Positions 51,556 through 64,000 are shown, counted from the stretch's first letter. The stretch is 64,000 bases of DNA from Lama glama (GCA_028534125.1 CM052817.1:48424001-48488000); one strand, 5' to 3'. Notes: a model not told the origin generated them from the sequence alone. Numbers and translations are program-made.

Positions 51556-54500
51556 CTCAGAATAGATCACACCTAACTCTATAATCTTCCTAAAGCATGA
51601 GGTCAGATACATGGTCAGCCTTCAAGATAACTGTTACCAACAGAAATTGTAGAGGAAAAACAAACAAAATTGTGGGGGACCCTATTGAAAAACTGTCTAG
51701 CATACAAATTCTAAATGGAGAGTAGACCTAGAAGCTCACAAAGATGTCCATGAAGTTGTAAGAATGGAATAGGAACCATATATGTACTTATAGCAGACTC
51801 CAGTAAGTGTTTGTTATAAATGGAGCCTACAAATACAGCCAAATTAAAAATACATATGAAGATTATTAGAAAATATAGGTTTATATATTTACTGGAAAAA
51901 TATCCTATACAATGTTCAATTTGGCTTTTTCATTTTTGTCACTTCTAGTCCATATAGAAATGTTACTTATAAACCCAGCATTATATCCCTTAACCCAAAC
52001 ACATACACATATATATACATATAAAAAATCTTCTGATTTTAATTCAATAAATATTTATTGAATACTGATTATTAGCAAAAAATTGTGTAGGTCTGCGTTA
52101 TACATCCACATGTTACATATATAGATACACATTCATATATATGTATTATACAGATAGGTGAATAGGTAGGTAGATATAAGGGTTTTATGATACAGACCCT
52201 TGTTTTAAATGTAGTGGGGAAAACAGACTAAATATAGTGTATCTGAAACAGGTACTTCCAAGCTCTTTTTACAGCAGTAAATCTCATTCCTCTGCTGTCC
52301 TTCAGACCATTAGGGTATGTATCTGCCCTAGACCTTAGGAAATGCTTGATCAGTCCCTGAGAGCTTAGCCTTCAGCTTGGTGTTTTCAAATTCTATATAA
52401 TTTATTTTGAAGAAAAATATATTTTCCTGGGGAGGAAGCTGCCTTAAGTCCTTGGCTACATTAATAACAAGTAAATTTTGAGGTAGCTATATGCCAATTA
52501 TATTTCAATTAAAAAATAAATAAATACTGAGGTGGAATCAGAGGAAACAGAATTAAAATACAACAATAACCATTTCCTTTAGACAATGTCTAAGAAAATA
52601 ATAATAGTCACCACTTACTAGTTTCTTCCTGTGTGCCAGGTAACTCAATATATTGTCTCTATTTTTTAACTTAGGTAAACAAAGCTCAGAGGTTAAGTAA
52701 CGACCAAAGTGCGGCAGTGATGTAACCAGGATTTTATCAGAGTCTGACTCTGAAGTCTTATGCTTTTCCTAATTAAGCTATTGTTAAAGAGGGAAAAATT
52801 ATTATTCCAAATATCATAGCATATTTACCTTTCTTTCATGCCTCCCCCCGCCCCCACCCCGTGTCCTTTGTTTCTTTTGACACAGAATCTCATTTGTCTA
52901 TTGTGCTTCCTTTTCCTTTTGCTCTCAGTTTAGAAACACACTGTCTTCAGAACATCCTTTCATAGCAGGTGAGAACTTGTTAAAATCCCAAGTACAGCAG
53001 AGTCACCAAATTTAAAAGTGATGAAACACTGCACAGACCATCATGGAAAGGATACACAAGAAAGTGGTAACATATCTGAGGAGAACTGGAAGACTAGAAG
53101 ACAGTGGGTAGAAGCATACCTGTGTGTGTGTGTGTGTTTGTGCGCTTGTGTGCGCAGAGATTATTCAGAATGAGGCCTATTAACAAAGCCTTCTTGGTTA
53201 TTTTGTATTTTGTGTGTCAGTTGATGCTCAGGGCCTTGGCTCTGTTGCACCCTAGCTTTTGCCTGCCTAGGAAAAGCCAGCTGATGTGACTACGTTTAAG
53301 TAGCTAGGACTAGTCAAAAACACTACCACCTGATCTTTGTAAATATGGCCAGAGGATGCCACAGCCCATCATTCCAATGTCCAAATATCCTCAGTGTAAG
53401 CTTTACACAGTAGCACCGACTCAGCATCCATAGAGAATTCAGTTTTGTGACTGCCTCATCTATCTGGAGTAAATCAGTTCCTTGTAATAATTGTGTTGAC
53501 ATTGTAGTCTGATAATTCCCTCAGGAATATAGTTCACATTTCCAGTCTTGTTCATTTAAAAATATTTACCATGGGGAAAAAATGGACTACTAATATAAAA
53601 TAATCATTTTATTTTTATTTAAACTACTATCTCTTTAAATGAAATACACTACCGTGTATTTCATTTAAACAATAAACTAGCTACTCTTTCCCAGATACCT
53701 ATTTTAATTTTAACAAGCTAATTTTAATCCATGAAGAAGCTGCAGTATTTAGAGGTTTATTGGTCTGTCATGTGTCAAGCATAAATATTATGATTATTAT
53801 TTTTATTCTATCACAGAAAGGTTTACCACATGCAATCTAAGGGAGGTAAAAATCGGTTAGCATGGACTTGTTAATAGTGAGTATAGACCGAGTGACAAAG
53901 CTAACCTAAGAAACACATTACTGCAGCAAAAACAAATCTTTGAGCTTGTGGATCCAGTGGATGGGTTCTTCTTGTCAGATAAAAGAATGAAGCAGCGATA
54001 GTGGTGATAAAATGCACCTTTCCTTGGAAGTAACTGGTAGCTCAAATTCCTAAAGTTTCCTTGTATCTATTCAACGTAATAAACTTCTTCCTTTAATCTT
54101 GGATGATGAATAGCACCTTAATCACAGGTTACACAAATGGGCACCATTTCTTTATGGTGCTTGACTTCAATTCCTTTTCCTTTTGCCACCCTAGGCTTAT
54201 TGACATCCATGGTTCATGATTTTTTGTTTCTTTCAAATGCAAAGACCGCTGTGGGGTGAGATCCTTTGAGATTAACCCAACCTCATTGCATATCAGAGGA
54301 AAAGTATGTTCACCTCTAAGAATTGAGGGGCACGGACAATAAAGTGAGTTCCTTCATTTATTTATTAGTAACCAGAGCAATCGTCCCCTGCCAGCTCCTC
54401 TCCCAGCTCCTAATCATGTGCTCTTTGGAGCTAAGAAGGCTTCTTTGAACATTCTTTCCTAGTGATGGAGGTGGTCGTTTTTCTCCTTCCTTCTCCTTAT

Positions 54501-54719
54501 TCTCTCCCAAATCCAGAGTATTTCTTTCCATAATTTAGATGAGTTCTACCTCAGAAATTTCTGTCAGAGAAGCAGGCTGACACCCTGCAGTGCTACTCTG
54601 TATTTAGTAATGTAGAAGTGGTAAGTGACCATACCAGGAGAACAATATGCTTTGTGATTAGTTTACCATAGAAGAGGTGGAGGCGCTCTCTCCTGTATAA
54701 AGCTAATCTCTTCATCTGA

Positions 54720-55570
54720 GCTTTGGCACCTCTCCTCTTTTGCCTTCTAGGAACCCACACGCCATTATACCTATTTTCTTCTGGTTACTTAAATCCTTTA
54801 TCACCTGAATCCTTTCCCACCATCATTTCAACATGCTTTACTTTCACCCAGTTTAATCCAAACAAAGCAAAAAAAAAAAACCCGCTTTTGATCTATGCAT
54901 CTTTACTGCCTTATCCTTTTTTCACCTACAAAATCAAACTTACTTTGCACGTCCATCACCTCTGCTATATTGTGGCCTCTGGTGTCACTACCCCCAAACA
55001 GCTGTGGATAAGGTCACGAAATCCAAGACATTTTTTCCTGTTCTCATCTCACTTGATGAGTAAGTACTGATCTTAGCAAAGACTTGACACTGTTGAATAC
55101 TCCCTACTTCTTTCCAGAAATACTCCGTCAGCTCTCCTTACTCTTAACTCTCTTGTTGACCCTTTCTCTCTTTGCAAATTCACTTTCCTCCCCAGGGCAT
55201 TCATTAACCTCAAGCCTTACTCTGAGGCCTTCTCGCCTCCATTCTATGCTTGGTCCTAGCTATTCCATTCAAACCAACAGCTTCATTTATAGTGACAACT
55301 CCTGAATGAATATTTCTAGGACAGACTTCTCTGGCTTAACCCAAAATGGGGTTGATTTGCTTCCAATATATCTATATTGAATTCTAAACTTTCCCATAGG
55401 TGAAAAATCATTGCCATCTGTCCCTCCCAACTCTAAATAACAGTAAAATAACAGAAAACACTATCCTCCCTTTCTAACCTGCCTCAAATCCTGTTGATTC
55501 TACCTCCTTAAAAAAAAAAAACTTCTCGAGGCTTCCCTTTTCTCATCTCCATTGTCACCACCCTACTCAA
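54720..55570 (+). mobile_element. L2 ORF2 remnant
   Basis: Pyrimidine-rich; 'aaatcctgttgattctacctcct' and 'gacttgacactgttga'. Confidence 0.6.
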
Positions 55571-56429
55571 AAAGTCTGTTAATGTAAACTGTTAGTTCAA
55601 GAGAGCCTTTTTATGTCCAAAATAAAATTTAGCACTAAAGAGGGCTAGTTATAGTTATTTGGGTTTAAAATAACATTTATTAACACAACTTTTAAAACCT
55701 GGTGTTCCATAAGTCATTAGTTTCAATTTACAAAATTTGCTATTCTTTCTTCAGATAATCTGGACATATATAAATCTAAACATCATTTTGATATTTAGTC
55801 TGTAAGCCTATTATTATACCCCTGAAAGCAAAGAGCATAGCACAGTGCCTGGAACACAAAAATGAATAGTAATGATTAGTAAGTAGTAAAAAATGAATAG
55901 TAAATGAATAATTGTTCAAAGTTAGTTTCTTGTCTCTGTTATATTCTCCCAACTTCCTCTAAATAAAAATTAAAGCTTCCCATTTTGATAATTCGGTGTT
56001 ACTCCTAATTACACTCTGTAAGATTTCACTCTATGTATTTAGGTTTCTAATCCATTCCGATGTACACAATATGGATGATAGCTTTGGCTATTAAGAAAAT
56101 GAAGGCAAGAGTAAATATGGGCAGAATTCCTAACATGTCCATAAACTGTGATTTGTAGTGATAATCTGATAGGAAGGGCTAATCCGTTTTCCTTCTTGAA
56201 TGGAAGATTTAAGAAAAAACAATCTCTAAGATTCCTAATTCTTGCAGAAGAAAACCCCTTCTCTTTGATACTCCAGGTCCATAGAGCCAAGCAAATCAGA
56301 TTTTTTCCTGTTCTTCACTTTTTGGGGGGAAGAAAGGGTTATCTGGGAAATACTGAACTTCCCTTTCCCTAAAAGTAGGCCAGAATAAATAAACTTTAAA
56401 TGCAATAATATTGAATGCTTTAAACCAAC

Positions 56430-56800
56430 TGTTAAAAACAAATCCAAAATGGAGTCACTTATGCTAAGCCCAATGTTACCAAACCTAATTACACTTTTGG
56501 GCTTTCCCAGAAATAGAATATTAAACTAGCTAATCAGGAACTGCTTGGTCAGCACTAGTGATGTAATCTGCCTGATAGACCCCCTACAATACCCTAAAAC
56601 AAAGTGACCTTACCACACCCAGTCTACTTTTGTTAGTGTAACTTCCTTTTCCTACCTTCTTCTGCCTACACAAGTCTTTCTTTTTGTATAGTTTCTGGGA
56701 GCTCCTTTTTACCTGCTAAGTGGGATGCTGCCCAATGCGTGATCATTGAATAAAGCCAATAAGATCTTTACATTTTAGTCAGTTCAGTCTTTTTTTTAAC
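56430..56800 (+). mobile_element. ERV1-class solo LTR about 1.3 kb upstream of the GRSF1 ATG
   Basis: 'tgttaaaaacaaatccaaaatggagtcacttatgctaag', 'ctaatcaggaa', 'gggatgctgccc', AATAAA at ~56749. Confidence 0.75.
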
Positions 56801-58106
56801 GTAGCTAATCTAAATTTCATTAAAAAAAAGTCATTATCTGTTTAAGATGAATACTGAAAAGGTGACTGACATGATTTGGGGGGTTTGCTTTAAAATATTC
56901 CAGTAAAGAAAAAAAATGGGGGGTGGTGGTGAAGACAGATGAAACAAGAATGAAAAATGTTGGTAATTTTTGAAATTCTAGTTCATTATATTTTTCTTTG
57001 AGTTTTTCTACAATAAAAAGCTTAAAATTTTTGGCTTTTTCTATTTTTCACTCTCTGAACTCCCTTTTGCCTACTAAATTGAGACAGGTCCTGGTCATAG
57101 GAGGAGAAAAACTGCACAACCAGGCCTTCAGCAAACCTCTGCCTGTCCTCTTGTGACTACACTAAATCCTCAGGGGAGGCTTTAATCTTTGTTAGACAGG
57201 TTTCACCCACTATCCGAAATCAGAGCGTTCCTATGAAAGCTCCTGGAAGCCAAAATGGCATAAAGTGAGGAAGCAATTACCCTACAACACGTCTTGTTAG
57301 GGAGGTAAAACACAGATGCTCAAGGATACAGTTCAAAGCTATGGCAGGGAGATGCTGAGTATATTCTCCCAGGAGAGCGCTTGGTGGTGCCACCGCAGCC
57401 TCTGTCACGGCTGCTGCAAAACAAGCGCTGAATGCTATTTCCAATGTTCACTTTTTCCCATAAAAGTGAAAATCACATTTCTTTCCACAGTGGAAACAGT
57501 TACTAATACGGGTCCTTCTTGAAAGCGAAGTGGCCTAGAGTGAACTTTTCAACACCGGGAGAATACCTGTATACGTTACTAACATATAATTATCTAAATA
57601 TTTCATTTTAAAACAAAAAATTTGGCCTTCCGCACATAACTCAAGCTGGGGGGGGGGAGCATTTTTAAACCTCCGCCGGTATTATTATCCCAACCTCTTT
57701 TTATAATCAGAGTATTACAATTCTTTCCAGAAACGGCCCTTTTTTTTTTCGCCCCTCACACCACAAGATTGAGGGGGAAGTGCGGCGCGTCGGCAGAACG
57801 GCGTTCCAGGGCTCCGCTCTCCCCAGAGCAGAAAACCTTGTTCTCTTCAGGCCTCAGTTTCCACCAGGTGAAAGAACAGCCAGTCGGTCGTACCGGCTCC
57901 GGGCCCCTCCCGGCCGCGGGCAGCCCCGCCCCGAGGGCGGAGACCGGGCGGGGCAGCGAGCTCCTCCGCCTCCTCCCGACTCGCTGCTGCCCCCGGTGCC
58001 GGCGGCGCATGTGCCCGGCAACCCCTCCCCGGCCCTGGATTCTACTTCCCCTCCGCTCGCGCTGCAGCCGCAGCCGCCTTCAGGCCCCGTGCCCCCTCCG
58101 GAGTCC

Positions 58107-58451
58107 ATGGCCGGGACGCGCTGGGTGCTCGGGGCGCTGCTCCGTGGCTGTGGCTGCAACTGCAGCAGCTGCCGGCGCACCGGCGCCGCCTGCCTGCCCT
58201 TCTACTCGGCCGCCGGGTCCTTCCCCTCGGGCGTCTCGGGCCGTCGCCGCCTGCTGCTGCTGCTCGGAGCCGCCGCGGCCGCCGCCTCTCACACGCGAGG
58301 CCTCCAGACCGGGCCTGCGCCCGCCGGGAGGCTGGCGGGGCCTGCCCCCTCCGCCGCCGCCGCGGCTGCCGCCTCTTACTCGGCCCTGCGTGCCCCTCTT
58401 CTGCCGCAGTCGCTGGCGGCGGCCGCGGGCCCGGCGCGGGGATACGGCCAG
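58107..58451 (+). CDS. GRSF1: G-rich RNA sequence binding factor 1, exon 1 (mitochondrial targeting sequence and Ala-rich region, 115 codons)
   Basis: MAGTRWVLGALLRGCGCNCSSCRRTGAACLPFYSAAG...GYGQ, the recognised GRSF1 N-terminus; donor CAG|gtacgt, phase 0. Confidence 0.97.
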
Positions 58452-58474
58452 GTACGTGGGTGCGGAGAAGGGCG

Positions 58475-58526
58475 GCGCGCCGGACCCTTCCCCGGCCGCG
58501 CGCCGGACCCTTCCCCGGCCGCGCGC
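58475..58526. repeat. 23-bp GC-rich tandem duplication just inside GRSF1 intron 1
   Basis: gcgcgccggacccttccccggcc x2 plus a partial third unit. Confidence 0.92.
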
Positions 58527-60918
58527 ACGCGCCCCCGCGCCCCTCCGCGTGCGCCTCCCGTGCGCGCCCGGGGATCCGCGGCACACGCCGCACCCGCCTC
58601 CCACCCCCGCCCGCCCAGTCCTCCTATTGGGCCCCAGAACAAGGGACGCTTTCCCAGGCCTCGGGGTTTCTCCTTGTTTTGTTCTCCTCTCGAGTCTCTG
58701 GTCGGTTGGGCAGTGTAAGTGTGACTGGGGGTGAATGTTGAGGCCTTGTTTCCCGCCGGCCTATGGTAGGTTTTGTGAGGCTGTGGACGCCCCCACCCCG
58801 CATCCTTGTCGCTCTCCGCCCGCTGGTTGTGAAGTTGGGAGGCCAGACCCTGCGGAGGGTTGGGACTTTCCATGCAGCGGGAGCACTAGGCCTGGGCGGC
58901 CCTCGGCGCACCTCGCGGCCCAGGATGGGAAGGTTCACTCACACACTGCGTGGGCTGGGTTCATGGGGAAGGAGGCTGGTCCCCAACGCTCTCCTCTCTC
59001 GTGTCCCTGGGGAAAGGCGGGTTGCCCCAGTTACTGAAGGTCACCTCTGCACCTCCACTTCGTCTGACAGAAGGTCCTTTAGGACCATGGGTCGCCGCCA
59101 GTGGGAGGAACAGCCTGGGGACTGTGATATTGGGGGAGGGGGGCCGACGAGAGGCGGCGGCTGGGGCTGAGGCCATGGGTTGGGGACCCAGGAGTGAGTC
59201 TACAGTATTTTTTTGAAGTAATGTGTACTTTAAGTACTCAGGTTGCAGGTATTTTGTGCCTCATAGGAAGCTTTCTTTTCTGCTTGTTACGTGGCATCTG
59301 GGAAATGTCAGCACACTTTCTGATTGCCTTGTTCCTGATGCCGTGGGTCATATTTATCTTAATTCAATTTATGCTTCTCCTTGAATTCAGGGAAACTGGG
59401 AAGCTAATCAGCATGGCTGCTGCCTGCCAGTGGCTGAGCTAATTGATTTGAATCCCGGCCCAACGCTTTCTGCTGCCCATTTCTGTAAAAGCTTGTGATG
59501 CTTATGGAATTCTGGGAATATAGGGAATGTTACTTTTATTGAAAAAACACAAACTATCTCTATTAAGCCTTTGTGAGCTGGCTACTCCCTTTACTTGATT
59601 ATTTTCTTCTTTGAATTTGACAAGTATAATGATACCTGTTGAGTCTCTGCTAGTGTCATATACTGTGCTTAAATTTATTATTGATTCCATAAAATTATGT
59701 GTAAGTCTTATCAGTGATGGGAACATACAAGGGAGTGAAGTATCTCTCTGTTTAGCCCAACAGGATTTAAATCACTTGACTTAAAGCCTGAGTTGTCTTC
59801 CCATTTTGATAATTGTAGTACTTGTTACATTCTTACTATATATGCATTAGGCTTCTGCTAGAGATTTATATTTATCATTGACTCCTTAAAATTAGACATA
59901 AGTCTTTGTGTAAATGGTGAAATGGTACAAAGGAATCTGTTTCCTTAGCAAGTCTTAAAACCTGGGTTGTCTTTCCTGTTTATGGTTGTGGTGCTTGACC
60001 GAATCTTATTACATTCCAGTCTTGTAAAAAGGAGTTCTGTAGGTATGTCTCAGGCTCCTGTTACCTCACACTACCGCCATTGCCTTTTAGGATCTTTCCC
60101 TCATTCAGTTGGTCTGACATAACAATTGGCAGATTAATCTTTCCAAGCATCCTGCTGTCTTGTCAACACTCCTAAGATGTCTTTTGTCAACTCCCCTTGG
60201 CCTACCAGGTTAAGGACACACATTGAGCTTAACACTCAAGTCCCTCTGCCGTATGGTACCCACCAATTTCTTTTGCCAGCTCATCTTCTTTGACTCTTAA
60301 TTGTACCCTACAGTTTAGCCAAATGGAATTATTGCTGTTTTGCAAATGAGCTTTGGTTCATTCTGCTTCTTCCCCTCACTTCTCAAGCTGCAGTGCCCTA
60401 TCCTTCATACATCACTGTCAGAATTCTAGCCTTCCTTTAAGGCTCATCTCGTATCTTAATTCTCTTAGTGCTCTGTTTTGAATTTCTATAATATCTTGTG
60501 TCTTAATTATAGCACTTAGAGCACCTTATTTTGTATGCTTGTCTTAGTCTAGATGGTAAGCTTTCTGAGATGAGGTTCTAATTGTGGCGTATACTCACAT
60601 ATTTGTCAAATCCGGGAGACCCTTCTTGTCCAGCCTTAACTAAAACACTGTTATTAGGTGTAATTTGGGACTGATGAATTTAAAACAAACCTGGAATAAA
60701 ATTTGTCTTGCCAAATCATTAGGATATACCGACTTGTAGCTTTAGGATGTACAATTTAAGCCAAAGCAGGATGAGTGAGATTTGTGAATTTTACTTCCTG
60801 CCTCTGAAATAGTAACTGTCCCCAAAGAATAACATCCGAGTGTTAGTTTGTGGAAATAAACATTTTCTAAGTAGGTTGTTATGAAAGTATTTTTACATTT
60901 CTTCATTTCTCTTGGAAG

Positions 60919-61075
60919 GAGTCTAAAACTACCTACTTGGAAGACCTTCCACCTCTCCCTGAGTATGAGTTGCCTCCGTCCAAGTTAGGAGAGGAGGTAG
61001 ATGATGTCTTTCTCATTCGAGCTCAAGGGTTACCGTGGTCGTGCACTGTGGAAGATGTGCTTAGCTTTTTCTCAG
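60919..61075 (+). CDS. GRSF1: GRSF1 exon 2 (acidic region, start of qRRM1)
   Basis: aag|ESKTTYLEDLPPLPEYELPPSKLGEEVDDVFLIRAQGLPWSCTVEDVLSFFS|gtatgt; 157 nt, frame continuous with exons 1 and 3. Confidence 0.97.
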
Positions 61076-62129
61076 GTATGTTTTATGTATGTTTTAAATA
61101 TGTTGATTTCATCTGAGTAAAAGCAGTCCCATAAAATCCAAGCTGGGCTTTGCTGTAGGCATCTTATCTGATGGGGATTCTCACTCTGGCTGGTTCCATA
61201 TGCATGCCAAGTGACACCACTTGTACCATTTGTCATATATACCAGGTTTAAAAGACCTTGAATACAACAAAAAATTTAATGTTAAAGCTACATGGTTTAA
61301 AATCAGTTTTCTCTGAAGTTTTAATATGTACATATCAAAAAGTGAAAACCTGTTGGTAGAAATAAGTTAGAGTATTGGTTGAGTAGCTCTTTATGTAATA
61401 CACAAAAATTTAATATGCAGATCACTTAGTAGCAAGTGATAGTGTTCCCTAAATAACATGTTTGGAAGACTTACGTATCTGTGGTTTTTAAGTTTCTGTA
61501 TCTGACTGTGATTTTTAATTTCCCTCTTAAGAGGCTTTTTGAAGATGCTGCCTTAAATGTGAAATGATATAGCATTATATTAAGTACCTTAATGTGCATT
61601 GTGTGGATCAAGTGTTTTAAAAGCCACTTAAATCTTGCTCCCAGTTTAAGAGGTGTGCAGTATGGGGATGTGTTTCCCTGATAATGATAGGAAAGGAAAA
61701 AAATCTAATTATGTTGTAAAATTATTCTTATAGGATATATATTAGAGATCTTATCGTTATGATTGTAAGAGAAGATGACATGCATAAACCTAACCATATT
61801 TTTAATACCTTAAGTGATTTGAAACTGATTATAGAAGTGTTTGGAAGGAAATGTTACATTTTGCATCGAGCTTATTCTAATTTGTCATTTAATGGTCAGG
61901 AGATCGTAAGATTTTGTGCTAAGGTTGTTTATGTCTTCCACATGGAACGTTTTAGAAACCACCACCTCATTAGCATTCTGCTCGCTTCACTGATGGGAGT
62001 TTGTGTGAGGAAAGTGACAGGCATTTTGGAGCCTGCTTTGTTTTGCTGTTGGAAGATTGCAATTCTAGTGACTTGTATAATTGAGCTATTGATTTCTAGT
62101 TTTAATTCATTTAACTCACATACTTTCAG

Positions 62130-62285
62130 ACTGCAGAATTCGCAATGGTGAGAATGGAATACATTTCCTCTTAAATAGAGATGGGAAACGAAGGGGTGAT
62201 GCCTTAATTGAAATGGAGTCAGAGCAGGATGTGCAAAAAGCCTTAGAAAAACACCGCATGTACATGGGGCAGCGATACGTGGAAG
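62130..62285 (+). CDS. GRSF1: GRSF1 exon 3 (qRRM1)
   Basis: ttcag|(D)CRIRNGENGIHFLLNRDGKRRGDALIEMESEQDVQKALEKHRMYMGQRYVE|gtacgt; 156 nt. Confidence 0.97.
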
Positions 62286-62676
62286 GTACGTGACGTCATG
62301 TTCTAGCTCCTGGCGATTGTTACGGTAGACTGTGCTTCCCAAGGCACTTTCAGCTCGTCCTTAACAAGAGTGAAGTAGTTAGATATTATGAATACACCCG
62401 TTCCCAGGGTGTGAAAATGAAGCCCAGAGATAATTTCAGATTCTTACCTATAAAATGAGGAGGATGTTGACCAAATTTACCTCAGAAGTTGCGATGTTAC
62501 ACCTGGCACATAGTAAGTAATACTTGATAAATGTCATTTATTGTCTTCTCCAGAGAAGTACATAAAGATAAAAATAAATACTAGTTTTTGGATAACCCAC
62601 CCAGTGTGATTATTTTTTTAATGGCTTCTTTCTTTATTGTGTAAGTTTTGCATACCTTTTATGCTCTTTTTCTTAG

Positions 62677-62820
62677 TATATGAGATAAACAATGAAGATG
62701 TGGATGCCTTAATGAAGAGCCTGCAGGTCAAATCTTCACCTGTGGTAAACGATGGCGTGGTTCGTTTGAGAGGACTTCCTTATAGTTGCAATGAGAAAGA
62801 CATCGTAGACTTCTTTGCAG
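62677..62820 (+). CDS. GRSF1: GRSF1 exon 4 (linker, start of qRRM2)
   Basis: cttag|(V)YEINNEDVDALMKSLQVKSSPVVNDGVVRLRGLPYSCNEKDIVDFFA|gtgttt; 144 nt. Confidence 0.97.
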
Positions 62821-63448
62821 GTGTTTCCCAGTTATATCTTGTTTGGGGCCTCATATCTTTTCCCTCACATTGTTTCCTCCTTTTTTTTAGGTGAACCTCT
62901 TCCTAGGTAACTGCATACAGTTATATTAGGTGCTTTAGGGGGGAACTCTTAGGTTGGATTTTAAATGTTTGTAGATTTTATAAGTGTTTTGACCTTTCAC
63001 ACTGATCTTTGGGAGATGTCAGATTTAAAAATGATTTCATGTGGGTTCATTTTACTATTGAGGAAAATGTCCTCTCATAAGAGTGGTTATATTTGTCTAA
63101 GGCAATAGCAATTTATATGATTTAAAAGCATTATCATCTAATTCTTAGCTGTAAAATATGTACCAGTAGTGATAGTCTGAATCTTTTCCCTACTATATAA
63201 TTAATGGCAAAACAGATGGACAGCTTGGACCCTAAACATTTTTGAATATGTAGATGTTATTAGCTTTTGGCTGCATAATAATTTTCTTCCCATTAGGCAT
63301 GTATTCAGCTTTGGGGCTGGCAAAATAGTCCTACAATTTTACTAGTAAAATAAAAAAAATTCTTAGTATGTGAAAGAATGTTTTAATTCTAAGAATAAAG
63401 ATGCCCTTGCTAGCAGAACTAATTTGTAATAATTTTTGGATGTCTTAG

Positions 63449-63584
63449 GACTGAATATAGTAGACATTACTTTTGTCATGGATTACAGAGGGAGAAGAAA
63501 AACAGGAGAAGCCTATGTGCAATTTGAAGAACCAGAGATGGCTAACCAAGCCCTGTTGAAACACAGGGAAGAAATTGGTAACCG
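63449..63584 (+). CDS. GRSF1: GRSF1 exon 5 (qRRM2); gene continues beyond the window
   Basis: cttag|(G)[44 protein letters not shown](R)|gtaagt; 136 nt. Confidence 0.97.
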
Positions 63585-64000
63585 GTAAGTGAAGCAGATA
63601 CTAATGATGTGGAAGAATCATACTTTGGGTCATTTTGATGAATGCATTGTAATAAAACAGTAAGATTATCTAAACACAGAAAAAGAAGACAGTAGTATGA
63701 TAAGCTGTCAAATGCCCATCACTTAGATTAACAAATTATTAACATTTGTTGTATTTGCTGCACCGGTTTTTCAGTATATATCTTTAAAAATCCTTTTTTA
63801 ACACGATCCCAATATTATGACATTTAACAAAATTAGCAATGATTTATTGTCCAATACCAGCCCATAATCACACTTTCCCATTTATACCAAAATATCTTTT
63901 CCATTTGCTTTTTTTTGGCACCAGAATCTAGACATGGTCCACACATTGAGTTTGATTGTTATGCCTCTAGTCTCTTAAATTAGAGCAAATCCCCTTTTCC

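Larger units (their letters stand above)
57750..59170 (+). promoter_or_regulatory. GRSF1: CpG island / promoter of GRSF1
   Basis: Dense CpG around exon 1. GC boxes (CCCCGCCCC ~57923, GGGCGGGG ~57946), NRF1-like GCGCATGTGC at 58005-58014, ETS-like ACTTCC at ~58044. Confidence 0.85.

Noticed and set aside
57756..59216. Many long ORFs around GRSF1 exon 1
   Set aside because: GC-rich stop-codon depletion. Only the frame from ATG 58107 to the donor at 58451 matches GRSF1.
1..64000. CRISPR arrays, operons, rRNA, snoRNA/miRNA or other novel multi-gene systems
   Set aside because: This is eukaryotic intron and intergenic DNA; I saw no repeat-spacer array or recognisable structured RNA gene. An Rfam covariance-model search would be needed to exclude small ncRNAs.

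Overview
Ordinary mammalian autosomal locus, very probably camelid (a Vic-1-type tRNA-derived SINE plus lineage-style L1 3' ends). It holds two divergently transcribed genes about 30 kb apart, each with a CpG-island promoter. MOB1B is on the minus strand: only coding exon 1 (MSFL+2 nt, 28373-28386) is present, and everything to its left is intron 1. GRSF1 is on the plus strand: coding exons 1-5 span 58107-63584 and the gene continues past the window. The rest is transposon debris (L1, L2, MIR, MaLR/ERV1 LTRs, an ERVL pol/dUTPase remnant, hAT DNA transposons) and a 500-N gap flanked by a false 391-bp duplication. I found no new multi-gene system. The best leads are small: a disabled counterpart of the human MOB1B alternative N-terminal exon, a possible poison micro-exon or recursive splice site in GRSF1 intron 4, a missing short-isoform start codon with a candidate internal promoter in GRSF1, an ERR/MEF2/E-box cluster between the genes, and a 3'-truncated L1 nested in another L1. 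Gene and repeat names come from recalled consensus sequences, not from database searches.
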